In this document: one piece after another, positions 1 to 10,166 of the stretch
Numbering within the stretch: the stretch's first letter is position 1
Layout: each line of letters starts with the position of its first letter
Source of the DNA: an uncultured Chloroflexia bacterium
GTDB taxonomy: Bacteria; Chloroflexota; Limnocylindria; Limnocylindrales; CSP1-4
Reading direction: 5' to 3'
NCBI GenBank assembly: GCA_963766735.1
Contig: CAVYBU010000007.1
Location: 384,001 to 448,000, forward strand
Length of the DNA stretch: 64,000 bases
Notes under the pieces: model-generated
The model's input: the letters and a program-made list of their open reading frames with translations, nothing else
Database searches by the model: none
What the model was told of the DNA's origin: nothing
Program-made: the position numbers and the translations under genes

Positions 1-68
1 CGGTCGGAGGACTGCGTGATATCGACCTCGGAGCGGGCGGTCTGGCGGGACGGCCGGTGAGCGCGGAA

Positions 69-90
69 GGCGGAGCCTGGCGGCTCCGCC
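69..90. terminator. GC-rich hairpin downstream of tRNA-Val, probable terminator
   Basis: Perfect 9-bp stem GGCGGAGCC-tggc-GGCTCCGCC just 3' of the tRNA CCA end. Confidence 0.5.
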
Positions 91-103
91 CTGGGTGGCG
101 CGG

Positions 104-180
<77 letters not shown>

Positions 181-223
181 TCGAAACGACTCGCATTCTA
201 GCGTGGCCGGCGCGATCCGCGCG

Positions 224-490
224 TCAGACCCTGATGCCCGGCCACCGCGCCACCAGGTGTTCGACCGGCAGGTCGTCCACCGCCACGAGCTTGGTCCGGG
301 CGGTGGTTCCGGCCACCAGCCGGACGTTGCGCCGCGCCACACCCAGCTCGCCGGCGAGAAGCCGGACCAGCGCCTGGTTGGCGGCCCCATCCACGGCCGG
401 CGCCGCCACCCGCACCCGCAGCACGCCTTCCACCACCCCGTCGACGCGATCCGCGCCGCCACGGGGCGTGAGGCGCACCGAGAAGCGCAC
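224..490 (-). CDS. DUF167/YggU family protein
   Basis: VRLTPRGG...RVRVAAPAVDGAANQAL...GTTARTK motif; follows yggS. Confidence 0.88.
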   Translation of the reverse strand: MRFSVRLTPRGGADRVDGVVEGVLRVRVAAPAVDGAANQALVRLLAGELGVARRNVRLVAGTTARTKLVAVDDLPVEHLVARWPGIRV

Positions 491-510
491 CTCCCCTGGG
501 TCCGACCTGC

Positions 511-1248
511 TCAGGGGATCGTCCGCCCTGGCATGCCTCGCTCACCGAACAGCGCGCGGCCCACCCGGACCACCGTCGCGCCCTCCTCCACGGCCACCTC
601 GTAGTCGTCGGTCATCCCCATGGAGAGCGCGGCTCCGAGGGCCGGGTGGACGGCCCGCAGCGAGACCGAGAGATCCCGCAGGGCCCGGAACGTGGGGCGC
701 GCCGCCTCGGCTGTGTCCACGAGCCGCCCGATGGTCATCAGCCCGTCCACGCGCACGTTCGACAGGGCGAGTATCCCGGGCAGCACGGCCGCGACGGAAT
801 CGGGCCGGAACCCCGCCTTGGCCGGATCGTCGCCCACGTTCACCTGGAGCAGGACCGGGAGAGGCCGCCCGGGGCGCACCTCGCCGGCGATCCGGTCCAG
901 CCGTCGCGCCAGATCATCGGTATCAACGGTCTGGACCAGGTCGAACAGCTCGATCGCGCGCCGGGCCTTGTTGGCCTGGAGGGGACCGACGAGCTGCCAC
1001 GATGCGCCCGGCACCTCCGGGACCTTCGCGGCGGCCTCCTGGACGCGGTTCTCGCCCAGGACGTCCAGGCCCGCGGCCACGGCGGCCCGCACCCGGGCGG
1101 CAGGCACGGTCTTGGATACCGCGACGAGGCTGACGCCGGCGGGATCCCGTCCGACCCGCTCGGCTGCACCGGCGATCCGTGCCAGCACCTCATCCCGGGC
1201 GCGCCGGAACGCATCGACCTCGCGCGGGTCGAGAGCGGGATCGGTCAC
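511..1248 (-). CDS. yggS: YggS/PROSC pyridoxal-phosphate homeostasis protein
   Basis: LVAVSKT, GENRVQE, LSMGMTDDY, VRVGRALFG motifs; downstream of ftsZ. Confidence 0.95.
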   Translation of the reverse strand: MTDPALDPREVDAFRRARDEVLARIAGAAERVGRDPAGVSLVAVSKTVPAARVRAAVAAGLDVLGENRVQEAAAKVPEVPGASWQLVGPLQANKARRAIELFDLVQTVDTDDLARRLDRIAGEVRPGRPLPVLLQVNVGDDPAKAGFRPDSVAAVLPGILALSNVRVDGLMTIGRLVDTAEAARPTFRALRDLSVSLRAVHPALGAALSMGMTDDYEVAVEEGATVVRVGRALFGERGMPGRTIP

Positions 1249-1297
1249 TGGCAGCTCAGCCGGGCGCGCGTGAACTGGCGCTCACCCGGCGACGCGG

Positions 1298-2536
1298 CTA
1301 CTTGCGCCGAAGGAAGCTCGGGATCTCGAGATCGTCCGCGTCGTAGGAGGGGGTGCGGCGCGCGGCCGGCTCCCCGACGGATCGCTCGGGGCGAACCAGG
1401 GCGCCCACGCCCTCGTCCGGTGTCCGTGCCTTGGTGTCGGACTCTGATCGCTGGCGCTCCAGCTCCTCGAGGAAGTCCCGCGCCGGGATCGTGGCTCCGC
1501 CTGCGGCGAAGGCAGCGGCCGGACGCGAGCCCACGGCCGTCCCGACCCGCTCATCCGCCGCGACCCGGGAGGCCTCGGGGCGGCGCCGGCCGTCGAAGCC
1601 GGTGGCAATGACGGTGATCATGACCTCTTCGCCCAGACGCTCGTTGAAGCTGGTCCCGAAGATGATGTTCGCCTCGGGATCGGCTGCGGCGCGGATCTCC
1701 TCGGCGGCTTCGGTGACCTCCCACAGGGTGAGGCTCGAGGAGCCGGCGATGTTGAACAGGATCCCCTGCGCGCCGGAGATGTTGACCTCGAGCAGCGGGC
1801 TGGCCACGGCCTGGCGGGCAGCCTCGAGCGCCCGGTTGTCGCCGGCTGCGCGGCCGATGCCCATGAGCGCCGAGCCGGCGTCCTTCATGATCGTGCGCAC
1901 GTCGGCGAAGTCCAGGTTGATGAGCCCCGGCACCGTGATGATGTCGCTGATGCCGGCGACACCCTGCCGCAGGACGTCGTCCACGACGCGGAACGCATCG
2001 ACGATCGAGGTGTTCTTCTGCACGACGTCCCGGAGACGGTCGTTGGGGATGGTGATGAGCGTGTCGACCTTCGTCTTGAGGTCCTCGGCCGCCTTCTCCG
2101 CGATGAGCTTGCGCCGGCTGCCCTCGAAGCTGAACGGCTTGGTCACGACGCCGATGGTGAGGGCGCCCTGCTCCTTGGCGATCTCCGCCACGACCGGGGC
2201 CGCGCCGGAACCCGTCCCGCCGCCGAGGCCCGCCGTGATGAACACCATGTCCGAGTCCGCGAGGGCGTCCGCGATCTTGTCCCGGTCCTCGTCAGCCGCG
2301 CGCGCCCCGATGGAGGCATCACCGCCGGCCCCAAGGCCACGGGTGATCTTGTCGCCGATGCGGATCTTGTGCGGGGCATCCGACTGCAGCAGGGCCTGGG
2401 CGTCCGTGTTGCAGGCGATGAACTCGACGCCCATCATCTCGGCCCGGATCATCCGGTTGACCGCATTGCTGCCGCCGCCGCCGACGCCGATGACGCGGAT
2501 GAGGGCGAAGTTTTCGGAATCGGAACGCAGCGGCAT
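1298..2536 (-). CDS. ftsZ: Cell division protein FtsZ
   Basis: [20 protein letters not shown] tubulin signature, C-terminal LEIPSFLR; ATG start at 2536 with GAGGAG SD; TATACT -10 box at 2651-2656. Confidence 0.98.
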   Translation of the reverse strand: MPLRSDSENFALIRVIGVGGGGSNAVNRMIRAEMMGVEFIACNTDAQALLQSDAPHKIRIGDKITRGLGAGGDASIGARAADEDRDKIADALADSDMVFITAGLGGGTGSGAAPVVAEIAKEQGALTIGVVTKPFSFEGSRRKLIAEKAAEDLKTKVDTLITIPNDRLRDVVQKNTSIVDAFRVVDDVLRQGVAGISDIITVPGLINLDFADVRTIMKDAGSALMGIGRAAGDNRALEAARQAVASPLLEVNISGAQGILFNIAGSSSLTLWEVTEAAEEIRAAADPEANIIFGTSFNERLGEEVMITVIATGFDGRRRPEASRVAADERVGTAVGSRPAAAFAAGGATIPARDFLEELERQRSESDTKARTPDEGVGALVRPERSVGEPAARRTPSYDADDLEIPSFLRRK

Positions 2537-2712
2537 CGGCGCTCTCCTCGGCGGTTGTGAAGGCCTGGCGTAAGGACGGTCGGGGTCTCGGCCCGTGCAG
2601 CTCCGGTGTCGGTGGTCCGGCGCCGCGGCGGGTCTCACGGATGTGCGCGGAGTATACCCATCAGATCGCGCTGCGGTCGTCCGCGTTTCGAGGATCTCGC
2701 CGGCGGGAACTG

Positions 2713-3126
2713 TCAGCCGGACAGAAAGCTGAGCCTGACGCGCCGCGTCGCGCTGTCCTCGTTGGGGTCCAGCAACGTGATCGACTGCCACGTCCCCAGC
2801 GTCAGTTGACCGTCGAGGACCGGCACCGTCAGCGATGGGGAGGCAAGGAGCGGCAGGACGTGATCCGCCCCGTGCCCGGGGGCGCCGTGGCGGTGCGACC
2901 AGTGGTCGTCCCGCGGCAGCAGCCTGTCGAGCGCCCGCGTCGCGTCGGCTTCGGAGCCCGCGCCAAGCTCCAGCACCACGAGACCCGCGGTGGAGTGCGG
3001 GATGAAGACCGACAGAAGGCCATCCCCGCCGCCGGAGGCATCCGCCGCGAACCGGGCGCAGGCCGGTGTCAGGTCCGTGAACCCGCGATCACGACCGGTG
3101 CGGACCTCCAGCTCCAGGGAGCGCAC
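2713..3126 (-). CDS. yjbQ: YjbQ (UPF0047) family protein
   Basis: HSTAG, HRHG...[13 protein letters not shown] motifs; GTG start inferred. Confidence 0.88.
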   Translation of the reverse strand: MRSLELEVRTGRDRGFTDLTPACARFAADASGGGDGLLSVFIPHSTAGLVVLELGAGSEADATRALDRLLPRDDHWSHRHGAPGHGADHVLPLLASPSLTVPVLDGQLTLGTWQSITLLDPNEDSATRRVRLSFLSG

Positions 3127-3139
3127 GACGACCCGCCGC

Positions 3140-4369
3140 CTACGGGAAGATGTTGCGGATGGCGTCCCGGAGCCGCCCGAAGCCGCCCCCGCCGGGAGCA
3201 GACTCGTACCGGAGCGGCTCGCCGACCACGATCTGCGCGGCGCCCCACCGCAGCAGACCAACGGCTGTGGCGTAGGGCGGTAGCTGGATCGTGTCCACCA
3301 GGCCGCCGATCGCCGCCGGACCGCTCACCCGCACCGGCATCTGGAAGACCTCCCGCCCCAGCTCGGCGGTCCCGGCCAGCTGAGCCGCGCCGCCGGTCAG
3401 GATGATCCCGGCCGGCAGCATCCCGTGGCCGCTGCGCGCCATCTCGCCGCGGAGCATCTCGAAGGTCTCGCGCATCCGCGCCTCGATGATCCGGCACAGC
3501 TCCTCCCGGCTCACCGTGCGACCCGCGTCATCGCCGATGACGGAGACGCTGATCTGCTCGTCCTCCATGTTGCGCAGGTCGCAGGTGCCGTGGCGGACCT
3601 TGAGCTCCTCGGCGACCTGGATGGTCGTCTTGACGCCGATCGCCACGTCGTTGGTGACGTTGTTGCCACCCACAGGCAGGACCGCGGTATGGAACGGTGA
3701 GCCATCGGCGAACAGCACGAGGTCGATGGTGCCCGCGCCGATGTCCGCCACGGCGACGCCCAGCTCCTTCTCCGTATCGCTGACCACCGCCTCCGCCGAG
3801 GCCAGCCCGTTGACCACCAGCTCATCGATCTTGACACCGGCCAGCCCCACGCACTTGGTCAGGTTCTGGACCGCCGTCGCCGACGCGGAGACGATGTGGG
3901 CCTCCACCTCGAGCCGCAGGGCGCTCATGCCCAGCGGGTCCTTGACCCCCTCCTGGCCGTCCACGGTGAACCCGCGGCGCTCCACGTGGAGAACGTCCCG
4001 GTTGTTGGGGATCGAGACGGCTCGGGCCACCTCGATCGCACGGTTGATGTCCTCGCGGGTGACCTCGCGGTGGTGCGCGGTCACGGCGACCTGGCCCGTG
4101 GAGTTGAGGCTCTCGACGTGTTGTCCGCCGACCCCCACGAACGCACGGTCGATCTTCCAGCCGGACAGCCGCTCGGCCCGTTCAACGGCGTCCGCGATCG
4201 AGCGTACGGACTGGTCGATGTTGACGACGACACCCTTCTTGAGCCCGGTCGTGGGCACGGTCCCGTGGCCCATGATCGTCAGGCGCCCATCCCGGCTGAC
4301 CTCGCCGATGAGCGCGCAGACCTTTGACGTGCCGACGTCGATGCCGACGAGGACCGCTTCCCGTTCCAC
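3140..4369 (-). CDS. ftsA: Cell division protein FtsA
   Basis: GIDVGTSKVCA, DIGAGT, LTGGAAQL actin-like ATPase motifs. Confidence 0.97.
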   Translation of the reverse strand: MEREAVLVGIDVGTSKVCALIGEVSRDGRLTIMGHGTVPTTGLKKGVVVNIDQSVRSIADAVERAERLSGWKIDRAFVGVGGQHVESLNSTGQVAVTAHHREVTREDINRAIEVARAVSIPNNRDVLHVERRGFTVDGQEGVKDPLGMSALRLEVEAHIVSASATAVQNLTKCVGLAGVKIDELVVNGLASAEAVVSDTEKELGVAVADIGAGTIDLVLFADGSPFHTAVLPVGGNNVTNDVAIGVKTTIQVAEELKVRHGTCDLRNMEDEQISVSVIGDDAGRTVSREELCRIIEARMRETFEMLRGEMARSGHGMLPAGIILTGGAAQLAGTAELGREVFQMPVRVSGPAAIGGLVDTIQLPPYATAVGLLRWGAAQIVVGEPLRYESAPGGGGFGRLRDAIRNIFP

Positions 4370-4389
4370 CTGCCTGTCGTGCCTCGCTG

Positions 4390-4713
4390 CTAGATGAAGT
4401 GCCGCCGGATGAGGGCGACGTTGTTGAAGATGCGGAACCCGAAGTTGATGAGGGCCACGAGATACAGGTCGAGACCCAGCCGGTCGCCGATGAAGGTCAG
4501 GAGAACCGCCACCACGGCGTTGGTGATGAACCCGCTGATGAAGACGCGATTGTCGTAGACCCCGTCGAGTTCGGCGCGCACGGCTCCGAGGACGGAGTCG
4601 AGCGCGGCGAGGATCGCCACGGCCGAATAGCGGGAGAGCTCGTAACTGACGTTGACGTTGAGGACGAGCCCCGCGAGGACGCCGACGAGTAGACCCACGA
4701 GGGGCAGGAACAC
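4390..4713 (-). CDS. sbp: Small basic protein (DUF1290)
   Basis: YSAVAILAALDSVLG...FISGFITN...RIFNNVALIRR; position between ftsQ and ftsA. Confidence 0.88.
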   Translation of the reverse strand: MFLPLVGLLVGVLAGLVLNVNVSYELSRYSAVAILAALDSVLGAVRAELDGVYDNRVFISGFITNAVVAVLLTFIGDRLGLDLYLVALINFGFRIFNNVALIRRHFI

Positions 4714-4798
4714 GGGCGGGCAGCCTCCGTCCGGATGAACGCTCCCCTAACGCTACCAGACGCTCGGGTTCCCGTCGGTGCCGGATGGGTAGCGGCGA

Positions 4799-5719
4799 TC
4801 ATGGCTTTGGGGTCGCCGATGGTTCCGGGGCCGGCTCCGAGGTCGACCGCGGGACATACGTACCACTGCGGTCGTCGGCCAGGATCACCTTGAGCACGTC
4901 GTCCTCGCGTCCCAGCAGGAGGTACTGCAGCAGCCGCACCTGGCCCGGGATCAGTTCGGGCGTTCGCAGCGTCGGCGTGTAGAAGCCGAACACCGCCGTC
5001 CAGTCCGTCGGTCGTCCCCGGACCACGAAGCCGTCCGTGTCGTCCACGCGCAGGTCGAGGCCCGCCGCCGAGCTGCCGATGTCCGCCGGCACCAGCGAGC
5101 CGAGCCGCAGGGCGGCGTCGAGGGTCACGGAATCCAGCACCGTCCCGACACCCAGGTTCGCCGAGGCCGCTCGGCGATCGTCGATGACCGGCAGCGCAGC
5201 GCCGTCTGGCCCGGTGCCGTCCAGCTCAGCGAAGGCCAGCCCGGACCCATCCACGAGGTACCGGCGGTCCGCGACCTGCCAGGCCATCAGCGCCACGCGT
5301 TCGGTGACCGCCACCCGGATCTCATCGGGGAGGGCCACGCTCACGTCGGCACCACTCACGGCCGGGATCCCGAGCAGGCGTTGGGCCAGGTCAGCAGTCC
5401 GGACCGCGAACGCGTTGTGGTCATCGGGGACGGCGAGTGCGGCACGGATCTCGCGGTCGGACGTCCATGTCGTCCCCGTCACGTCGATCTGCTGGATTCT
5501 GAAGGCCTCCGTGGTCGCCATGCCGTACAGGCACGCGATGCCGGCCAGGAGCGCAAGCAGGGCTCCCGCGCGAACCGGCGTCAGGCCGGCCGACGCCCGG
5601 CGCACGGGGTGCGTCCGCCGGTTGCGGGTGCCCCCGGGCCGTCCGCCCGGGCGGAGCACGGCGGGGCGGATCGGCCGCGCTGCGGGCGTGGAGCGGCGTC
5701 CGGACGGCCGGTTGATCAT
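4799..5719 (-). CDS. ftsQ: Cell division protein FtsQ/DivIB
   Basis: Basic N-terminal tail, one TM helix, POTRA-like segment (IDVTGTTWT...VSGADVSVALPDEIRVAVTER); dcw position. Confidence 0.8.
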   Translation of the reverse strand: MINRPSGRRSTPAARPIRPAVLRPGGRPGGTRNRRTHPVRRASAGLTPVRAGALLALLAGIACLYGMATTEAFRIQQIDVTGTTWTSDREIRAALAVPDDHNAFAVRTADLAQRLLGIPAVSGADVSVALPDEIRVAVTERVALMAWQVADRRYLVDGSGLAFAELDGTGPDGAALPVIDDRRAASANLGVGTVLDSVTLDAALRLGSLVPADIGSSAAGLDLRVDDTDGFVVRGRPTDWTAVFGFYTPTLRTPELIPGQVRLLQYLLLGREDDVLKVILADDRSGTYVPRSTSEPAPEPSATPKP

Positions 5720-6864
5720 CGCGGCAGGTCGGCCGGGGTCAACCGGTGTCGGATGCGGCTGGCGTCGCGCTCCAGAGCAAGGTCGATCACGCGCCGGCAC
5801 ACGGAGGCGAAGTCATAGCCGGCCGCGGCCGGGAGGGTCGGAAAGAGGCTGATCGGGGTGAACCCGGGGATCGTGTTGATCTCCGAGATCACCAGCGCGT
5901 CGCCGGCGAGCAGGAAGTCGACCCGCGCAAAACCCTCGGCACCGATTGCCCGGTACGCGTCGCGGGCCAGCTTGAGGATGGACGCCCGCAGAGCCTGGGT
6001 CACCTCCGCCACCTGGCTCGTCTCGGACATCCCCGGCGTGTACTTCGCCGCGTAGTCGTAGAACTCGTGACCGGACAGGATCTCGCCCGGCCCGTACAGC
6101 TCCAGCGCGTCGGGTTCATTGCCGATGACCGCGACCTCCAGGTCCCGGGCGCCGGCGAGGTACCGCTCCACCAGGACCAGGTCGTCGAACCGGAAGGCCT
6201 GGTCGAGGGCGCCCGCCCGCTCGTCAGCCGTGTGGGCGAGGGTCATCCCGAGCGAGCTGCCCAGGCGCGACGGCTTGACCATGAGCCGCGGGTCGTGCGT
6301 TGCGACGGCGAACGCGGCGAGCTCCGCCAGCACCTCGTCGGGCGCCTGTGCCCAGCGCGACGCCCGCACCTCAACCCAGTCCACGACCGGCAGGCCGAGA
6401 CCACGGACCAGGCGCTTGAAGATCGCCTTGTCCATGCCGAGTGCGCTGGCCGCGACCCCCGACCCGGTATACGGAAGACCCGCGGCCTCGCACATGGCCT
6501 GGACCGTCCCGTCCTCACCGAACGGCCCGTGGAGAGCGAGGAACACGACCGGCCGGTGCCCGTCACCGGACGCCACCAGCTCGGCCAGGGCCGTGGCGGC
6601 GGGCTGCGGCCCAGCGGCTCCGAGCGCGATCGGCTCGTCGTAGGTGGCGGGCGGCCGGCCGTGGCGCCGGTGGTCTGCCGGGAGCCGCCACCAGCCGCCG
6701 CCGAGATCGATCAGCCACTGCGTCACGGGGTAGCCCGAGGCCTCCAGCGCGTCCGCGATCGCCGTCCCCGAGACGATCGACACGTCGTGCTCGGCCGACG
6801 GACCGCCGTACACCACGACCACGGGAGTCTCGGCAGGGACGTGACCCAGCGGCGGCACGGGCAT
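5716..6864 (-). CDS. ddl: D-alanine--D-alanine ligase
   Basis: GGPSAEHDVS, LHGPFGEDG, GSSLG, YDYAAKY, EINTIPGFT. Confidence 0.96.
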   Translation of the reverse strand: MPVPPLGHVPAETPVVVVYGGPSAEHDVSIVSGTAIADALEASGYPVTQWLIDLGGGWWRLPADHRRHGRPPATYDEPIALGAAGPQPAATALAELVASGDGHRPVVFLALHGPFGEDGTVQAMCEAAGLPYTGSGVAASALGMDKAIFKRLVRGLGLPVVDWVEVRASRWAQAPDEVLAELAAFAVATHDPRLMVKPSRLGSSLGMTLAHTADERAGALDQAFRFDDLVLVERYLAGARDLEVAVIGNEPDALELYGPGEILSGHEFYDYAAKYTPGMSETSQVAEVTQALRASILKLARDAYRAIGAEGFARVDFLLAGDALVISEINTIPGFTPISLFPTLPAAAGYDFASVCRRVIDLALERDASRIRHRLTPADLPR

Positions 6865-7841
6865 CAGGCAGTCTCCTCTGGCGGCCAGGCGGACCAGTCG
6901 CCCGCGAACTCGATCTCGAACGCGAGATCGATCCCGTGGCGCTCGCGGACCTCGCGGCGAACGTGCTCCGCGAGGGCCCGGACATCGGCCGCCGTCCCCT
7001 TGCGGTCGTTGACGATGAAGTTGGCGTGCTTCTCGGACACCACCGCACCGCCGATCCGGTGGCCCTTGAGCCCGAGGATATCGATCAACCGGCCGGCGGA
7101 GTCGCCCGGCGGGTTCCGGAAGACGCTGCCGGCTGACGGGATCCCGAGCGGCTGGTGCTCGCGGCGCCACCGCCGGATCTCGTCCAGCCGCGCCCGGATC
7201 TCGTCCGGGTCGGCCGGGCGCAGGTGGAACACGGCGCCCAGGACGATCTCCGCTGGCCCGGCATCGCCGGCGGGACCACTCGCGACGGCGTCCTTGAACC
7301 GGCTGTGGCGGTACGAGAGGCCAAGCTCATCGACCGGCATCTCGCGCTCCGAGCCATCGCCCATGAGGACGGTCGCCGATTCCAGCACGCCCGCCGTGTC
7401 GCTGCCGTGTGCCCCGGCGTTGGCCCACACCGCGCCGCCGACCGTGCCCGGGATCGCGAGGCCGTACTCCAGCCCGGCCAGGCCCGCCCCCTGCGTCTCC
7501 GTGGCGGCCCGCGCCATCGGAACGCCGGCCTCGGCGTGGTACCGCTCCCCATCCACCCGCGACGCCTCGGCCTTCACGTGGATCACGAGGCCCCGCAGTC
7601 CCGCGTCCGAGATCACCAGGTTGCTGCCCCGCCCCAGGATCGCGAACGGAATCTCACGAGCGCGCGCGTACCTGACCAGGGCCCGCAACTCGAACGCGTT
7701 GTGCGCCACCGTGAACAGGTCGGCCGGACCACCCACCCGCATCGTGGTGAAGCGGGCCAGCGGCTCGTCCCGGACGGTCTTGACGCCGATGCGGCGCTGG
7801 ATCTCCGTGCCGGAGGCGAACGGGTCGAACGCGGCGGTCAC
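6864..7841 (-). CDS. murB: UDP-N-acetylenolpyruvoylglucosamine reductase
   Basis: TTMRVGG, LGRGSNL, IPGTVGGA, SAGSVFRNP, SEKHANF. Confidence 0.96.
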   Translation of the reverse strand: MTAAFDPFASGTEIQRRIGVKTVRDEPLARFTTMRVGGPADLFTVAHNAFELRALVRYARAREIPFAILGRGSNLVISDAGLRGLVIHVKAEASRVDGERYHAEAGVPMARAATETQGAGLAGLEYGLAIPGTVGGAVWANAGAHGSDTAGVLESATVLMGDGSEREMPVDELGLSYRHSRFKDAVASGPAGDAGPAEIVLGAVFHLRPADPDEIRARLDEIRRWRREHQPLGIPSAGSVFRNPPGDSAGRLIDILGLKGHRIGGAVVSEKHANFIVNDRKGTAADVRALAEHVRREVRERHGIDLAFEIEFAGDWSAWPPEETA

Positions 7842-8986
7842 GTCCTGCTCCCGCGCGCGGCAGCGTCAACATCGGCCTGGGCCGGCAGCGCCGAGCGGAG
7901 GGCGACCGCCATGACCAGGTCCCCAACGGCGGCGGCGGCGGCCGGTCTGGCCGCATCTCGGGCCGCGGCGGACATCAGCGCGTGGCGCGAGGGATCGGCC
8001 AGCAGCCCTGCGACGTCGACCAGGCGATCCGCGTCGAACTCCTCATCCTCGATCAGGACGGCCGCGCCCGTTTCCGCGTACGCCTCCGCGTTGCGACGCT
8101 GGTGCCCCGCCGCGTGCGGGTACGGGACGATCGCGGTCGGCAGCGCGAACGCCGCCGCCTCCGCCAGCGTGGACGCCCCGGCTCTGCCGACCGCCAGGTC
8201 CGCGGCGGCGAGCGCATCGGTCATCTCGTCGTGGAGGAACGCGAACGGCCGGTAGCGGTCCTGCAGGTCCACCGGCAGCTCCTCCCGTGCCGCGATCGCC
8301 GGTCCGTACCCGGCGTCGCCGGTCACGTGCACCACGCGGACGCGCTCCACCAGCCGCGGCAGCGCCGCCAGGACCGCCTCGTTGATCCGGCGCACGGCCT
8401 GTGACCCGCCGAACACCAGCAGGATGCGCTCGCCCGGACCACCCCCGAAACGGGCCCGCGCGGCGTCCACGTCCACACCCCCCAGGGAGCGGATCGGCGT
8501 GCCGGTCACGTAGGTCCGGGGATGGCCGAGCGCCCCGGCCGTCTCCGGATGGCTGACGGCGACGACCGTGGCCCACCCCGCGACGAGGCGGACGCTCCGG
8601 CCCGGGACCACGTTCCCATCCCACAGCACGGTCGGGATCCGCAGGAACCGGGCCGCCAGCATCGTCGGGATGGCCACGTAGCCGCCGGTGGTGAAGACCG
8701 CGGCCGGGCGCCGTGTGAGCAGCAGGATCAGGGCCTGCGGGATCGACAGGGCGAGGCGGATTGGGTCCAGCACGAGGTGCGCGTCGCGACCCACGGACCG
8801 GAGCGAGCGCAGGACGAGCCGGCGGAGCGGGATCCCGGCCCCGGGGACGATCGTCCCCTCCAGGCCGCGATGACCGCCGAGCCAGGCGAGGTCAGGCGCG
8901 CCGGCTCGAGCGCGGAGCGACCGGGCGACGGCGAGGGCCGGGTAGATGTGACCGCCCGTTCCCCCGCCCGCGATCAGCAGGCGCAT
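7838..8986 (-). CDS. murG: Lipid I GlcNAc transferase MurG
   Basis: GGGTGGHIYPA, FGGSQA, RAGAST, HQRRNA. Confidence 0.96.
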   Translation of the reverse strand: MRLLIAGGGTGGHIYPALAVARSLRARAGAPDLAWLGGHRGLEGTIVPGAGIPLRRLVLRSLRSVGRDAHLVLDPIRLALSIPQALILLLTRRPAAVFTTGGYVAIPTMLAARFLRIPTVLWDGNVVPGRSVRLVAGWATVVAVSHPETAGALGHPRTYVTGTPIRSLGGVDVDAARARFGGGPGERILLVFGGSQAVRRINEAVLAALPRLVERVRVVHVTGDAGYGPAIAAREELPVDLQDRYRPFAFLHDEMTDALAAADLAVGRAGASTLAEAAAFALPTAIVPYPHAAGHQRRNAEAYAETGAAVLIEDEEFDADRLVDVAGLLADPSRHALMSAAARDAARPAAAAAVGDLVMAVALRSALPAQADVDAAARGSRT

Positions 8987-10166
8987 CGTTCCAGGTTCCT
9001 TTCTCGACGGTCTCTCGCGATATGGAGAGCAGGATGCCCACGGCGGCAAAGCTGACGATCAGCGAGGAACCGCCGGCCGAGACGAACGGCAGCGGGATGC
9101 CCGTGACGGGGATCAGCCCCACCACGACGCCGATGTTGATGAAGGCCTGGATGCAGATCCAGGCAGTGATCCCTGCGGCCAGCAGGGCTCCGAACGTGTC
9201 CGGTGCCCCCAGCGACGTGCGGATGCCGAGATACCCGACGGTCAGGAACAGGACGATCACCAGCCCGCCGCCAAGCAGGCCAAACTCCTCGCCGATGATC
9301 GCGAAGATGAAGTCGTTGGAGGCGTTGGGCAGGAACAGGCCGCCCGCCAGACGGCTCTCACCAAGGCCCGCCCCCAGGAGGCCGCCCAGCGCCAGCGCCA
9401 GGTAGCCCTGGATGCTGTGGAACCCGAGACCAGACGGGGATTTCCATGGGTCCAGCCAGGCCGTGATCCGGTCCACCTGGTAGCCCTGCAGGAACATGGC
9501 GGCCACGAGCGGCACCGCGGCGACCGCCATCGCGACCAGGTGGAGCACGTTCGCGCCGGCCAGGAAGAACATCGTGAAGGCCGTGAACGCGAGCACGGAC
9601 GACGTGCCGAGGTCCGGCTCCAGGAGGACCATGACGACGACTGGCGCGACGATCACGAGGAACGGCACCGTGCCTGACCAGAACCCGTGGACCGCGCTCC
9701 CCCGCTTGGCGAACCAGTGGGCGAGGTAGATCACCAGGGCCAGCTTCATGAACTCGGCCGGGTGGACGGCCGGCAGCGGGCCGATCTTGAGCCATCTCGC
9801 CGATCCACCGATGACGACGTTGAGCGCCGGGACGAAGACGAGGATGAGACCGACGATGGCGATCAGGAACAACGGGACGGAGGCCACTCGGAGCCAGCGG
9901 TAGTCCACCCTCATCATCACGACCATCGCCACCATGCCGATCGCCGCCCACAGGATCTGGGGTCCGACGATCGCGAATGTGTCCGCCTCCTTGGACAGGA
10001 AAGCCTTCATCGCCGACGACGAATAGACCATCAGGATCCCGATAGCCGCCAGGGCGACGACCGCGACGACGATCCCGTACTCGGGTTCGTGCCGCTCGCG
10101 CTGGAGGGTGTCCTTCGGCCGTGACCGGGTGATCGTGCGCGGGATCGACAGGGGCGTCGTGCTCAT
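8892..10166 (-). CDS. ftsW: SEDS family peptidoglycan polymerase FtsW
   Basis: Multi-TM; HPAEFMK, EPDLG, NDFIFAIIGEEFG, TGIPLPFVSAGGSS; overlaps the murG start by 95 nt. Confidence 0.95.
   Translation of the reverse strand: MSTTPLSIPRTITRSRPKDTLQRERHEPEYGIVVAVVALAAIGILMVYSSSAMKAFLSKEADTFAIVGPQILWAAIGMVAMVVMMRVDYRWLRVASVPLFLIAIVGLILVFVPALNVVIGGSARWLKIGPLPAVHPAEFMKLALVIYLAHWFAKRGSAVHGFWSGTVPFLVIVAPVVVMVLLEPDLGTSSVLAFTAFTMFFLAGANVLHLVAMAVAAVPLVAAMFLQGYQVDRITAWLDPWKSPSGLGFHSIQGYLALALGGLLGAGLGESRLAGGLFLPNASNDFIFAIIGEEFGLLGGGLVIVLFLTVGYLGIRTSLGAPDTFGALLAAGITAWICIQAFINIGVVVGLIPVTGIPLPFVSAGGSSLIVSFAAVGILLSISRETVEKGTWNDAPADRGRGNGRSHLPGPRRRPVAPRSSRRA

Noticed and set aside
3978-3993. CTCCACGTGGAG in ftsA (and TTCACGTGGA at ~7573) as canonical parS
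   Set aside because: Only the CACGTG core matches; the flanking TGTT/AACA arms are missing.
8892-8986. 95-nt ftsW/murG overlap as a dual-coding feature
   Set aside because: The FtsW extension is low-complexity and simply runs to the next stop; common in GC-rich dcw operons.
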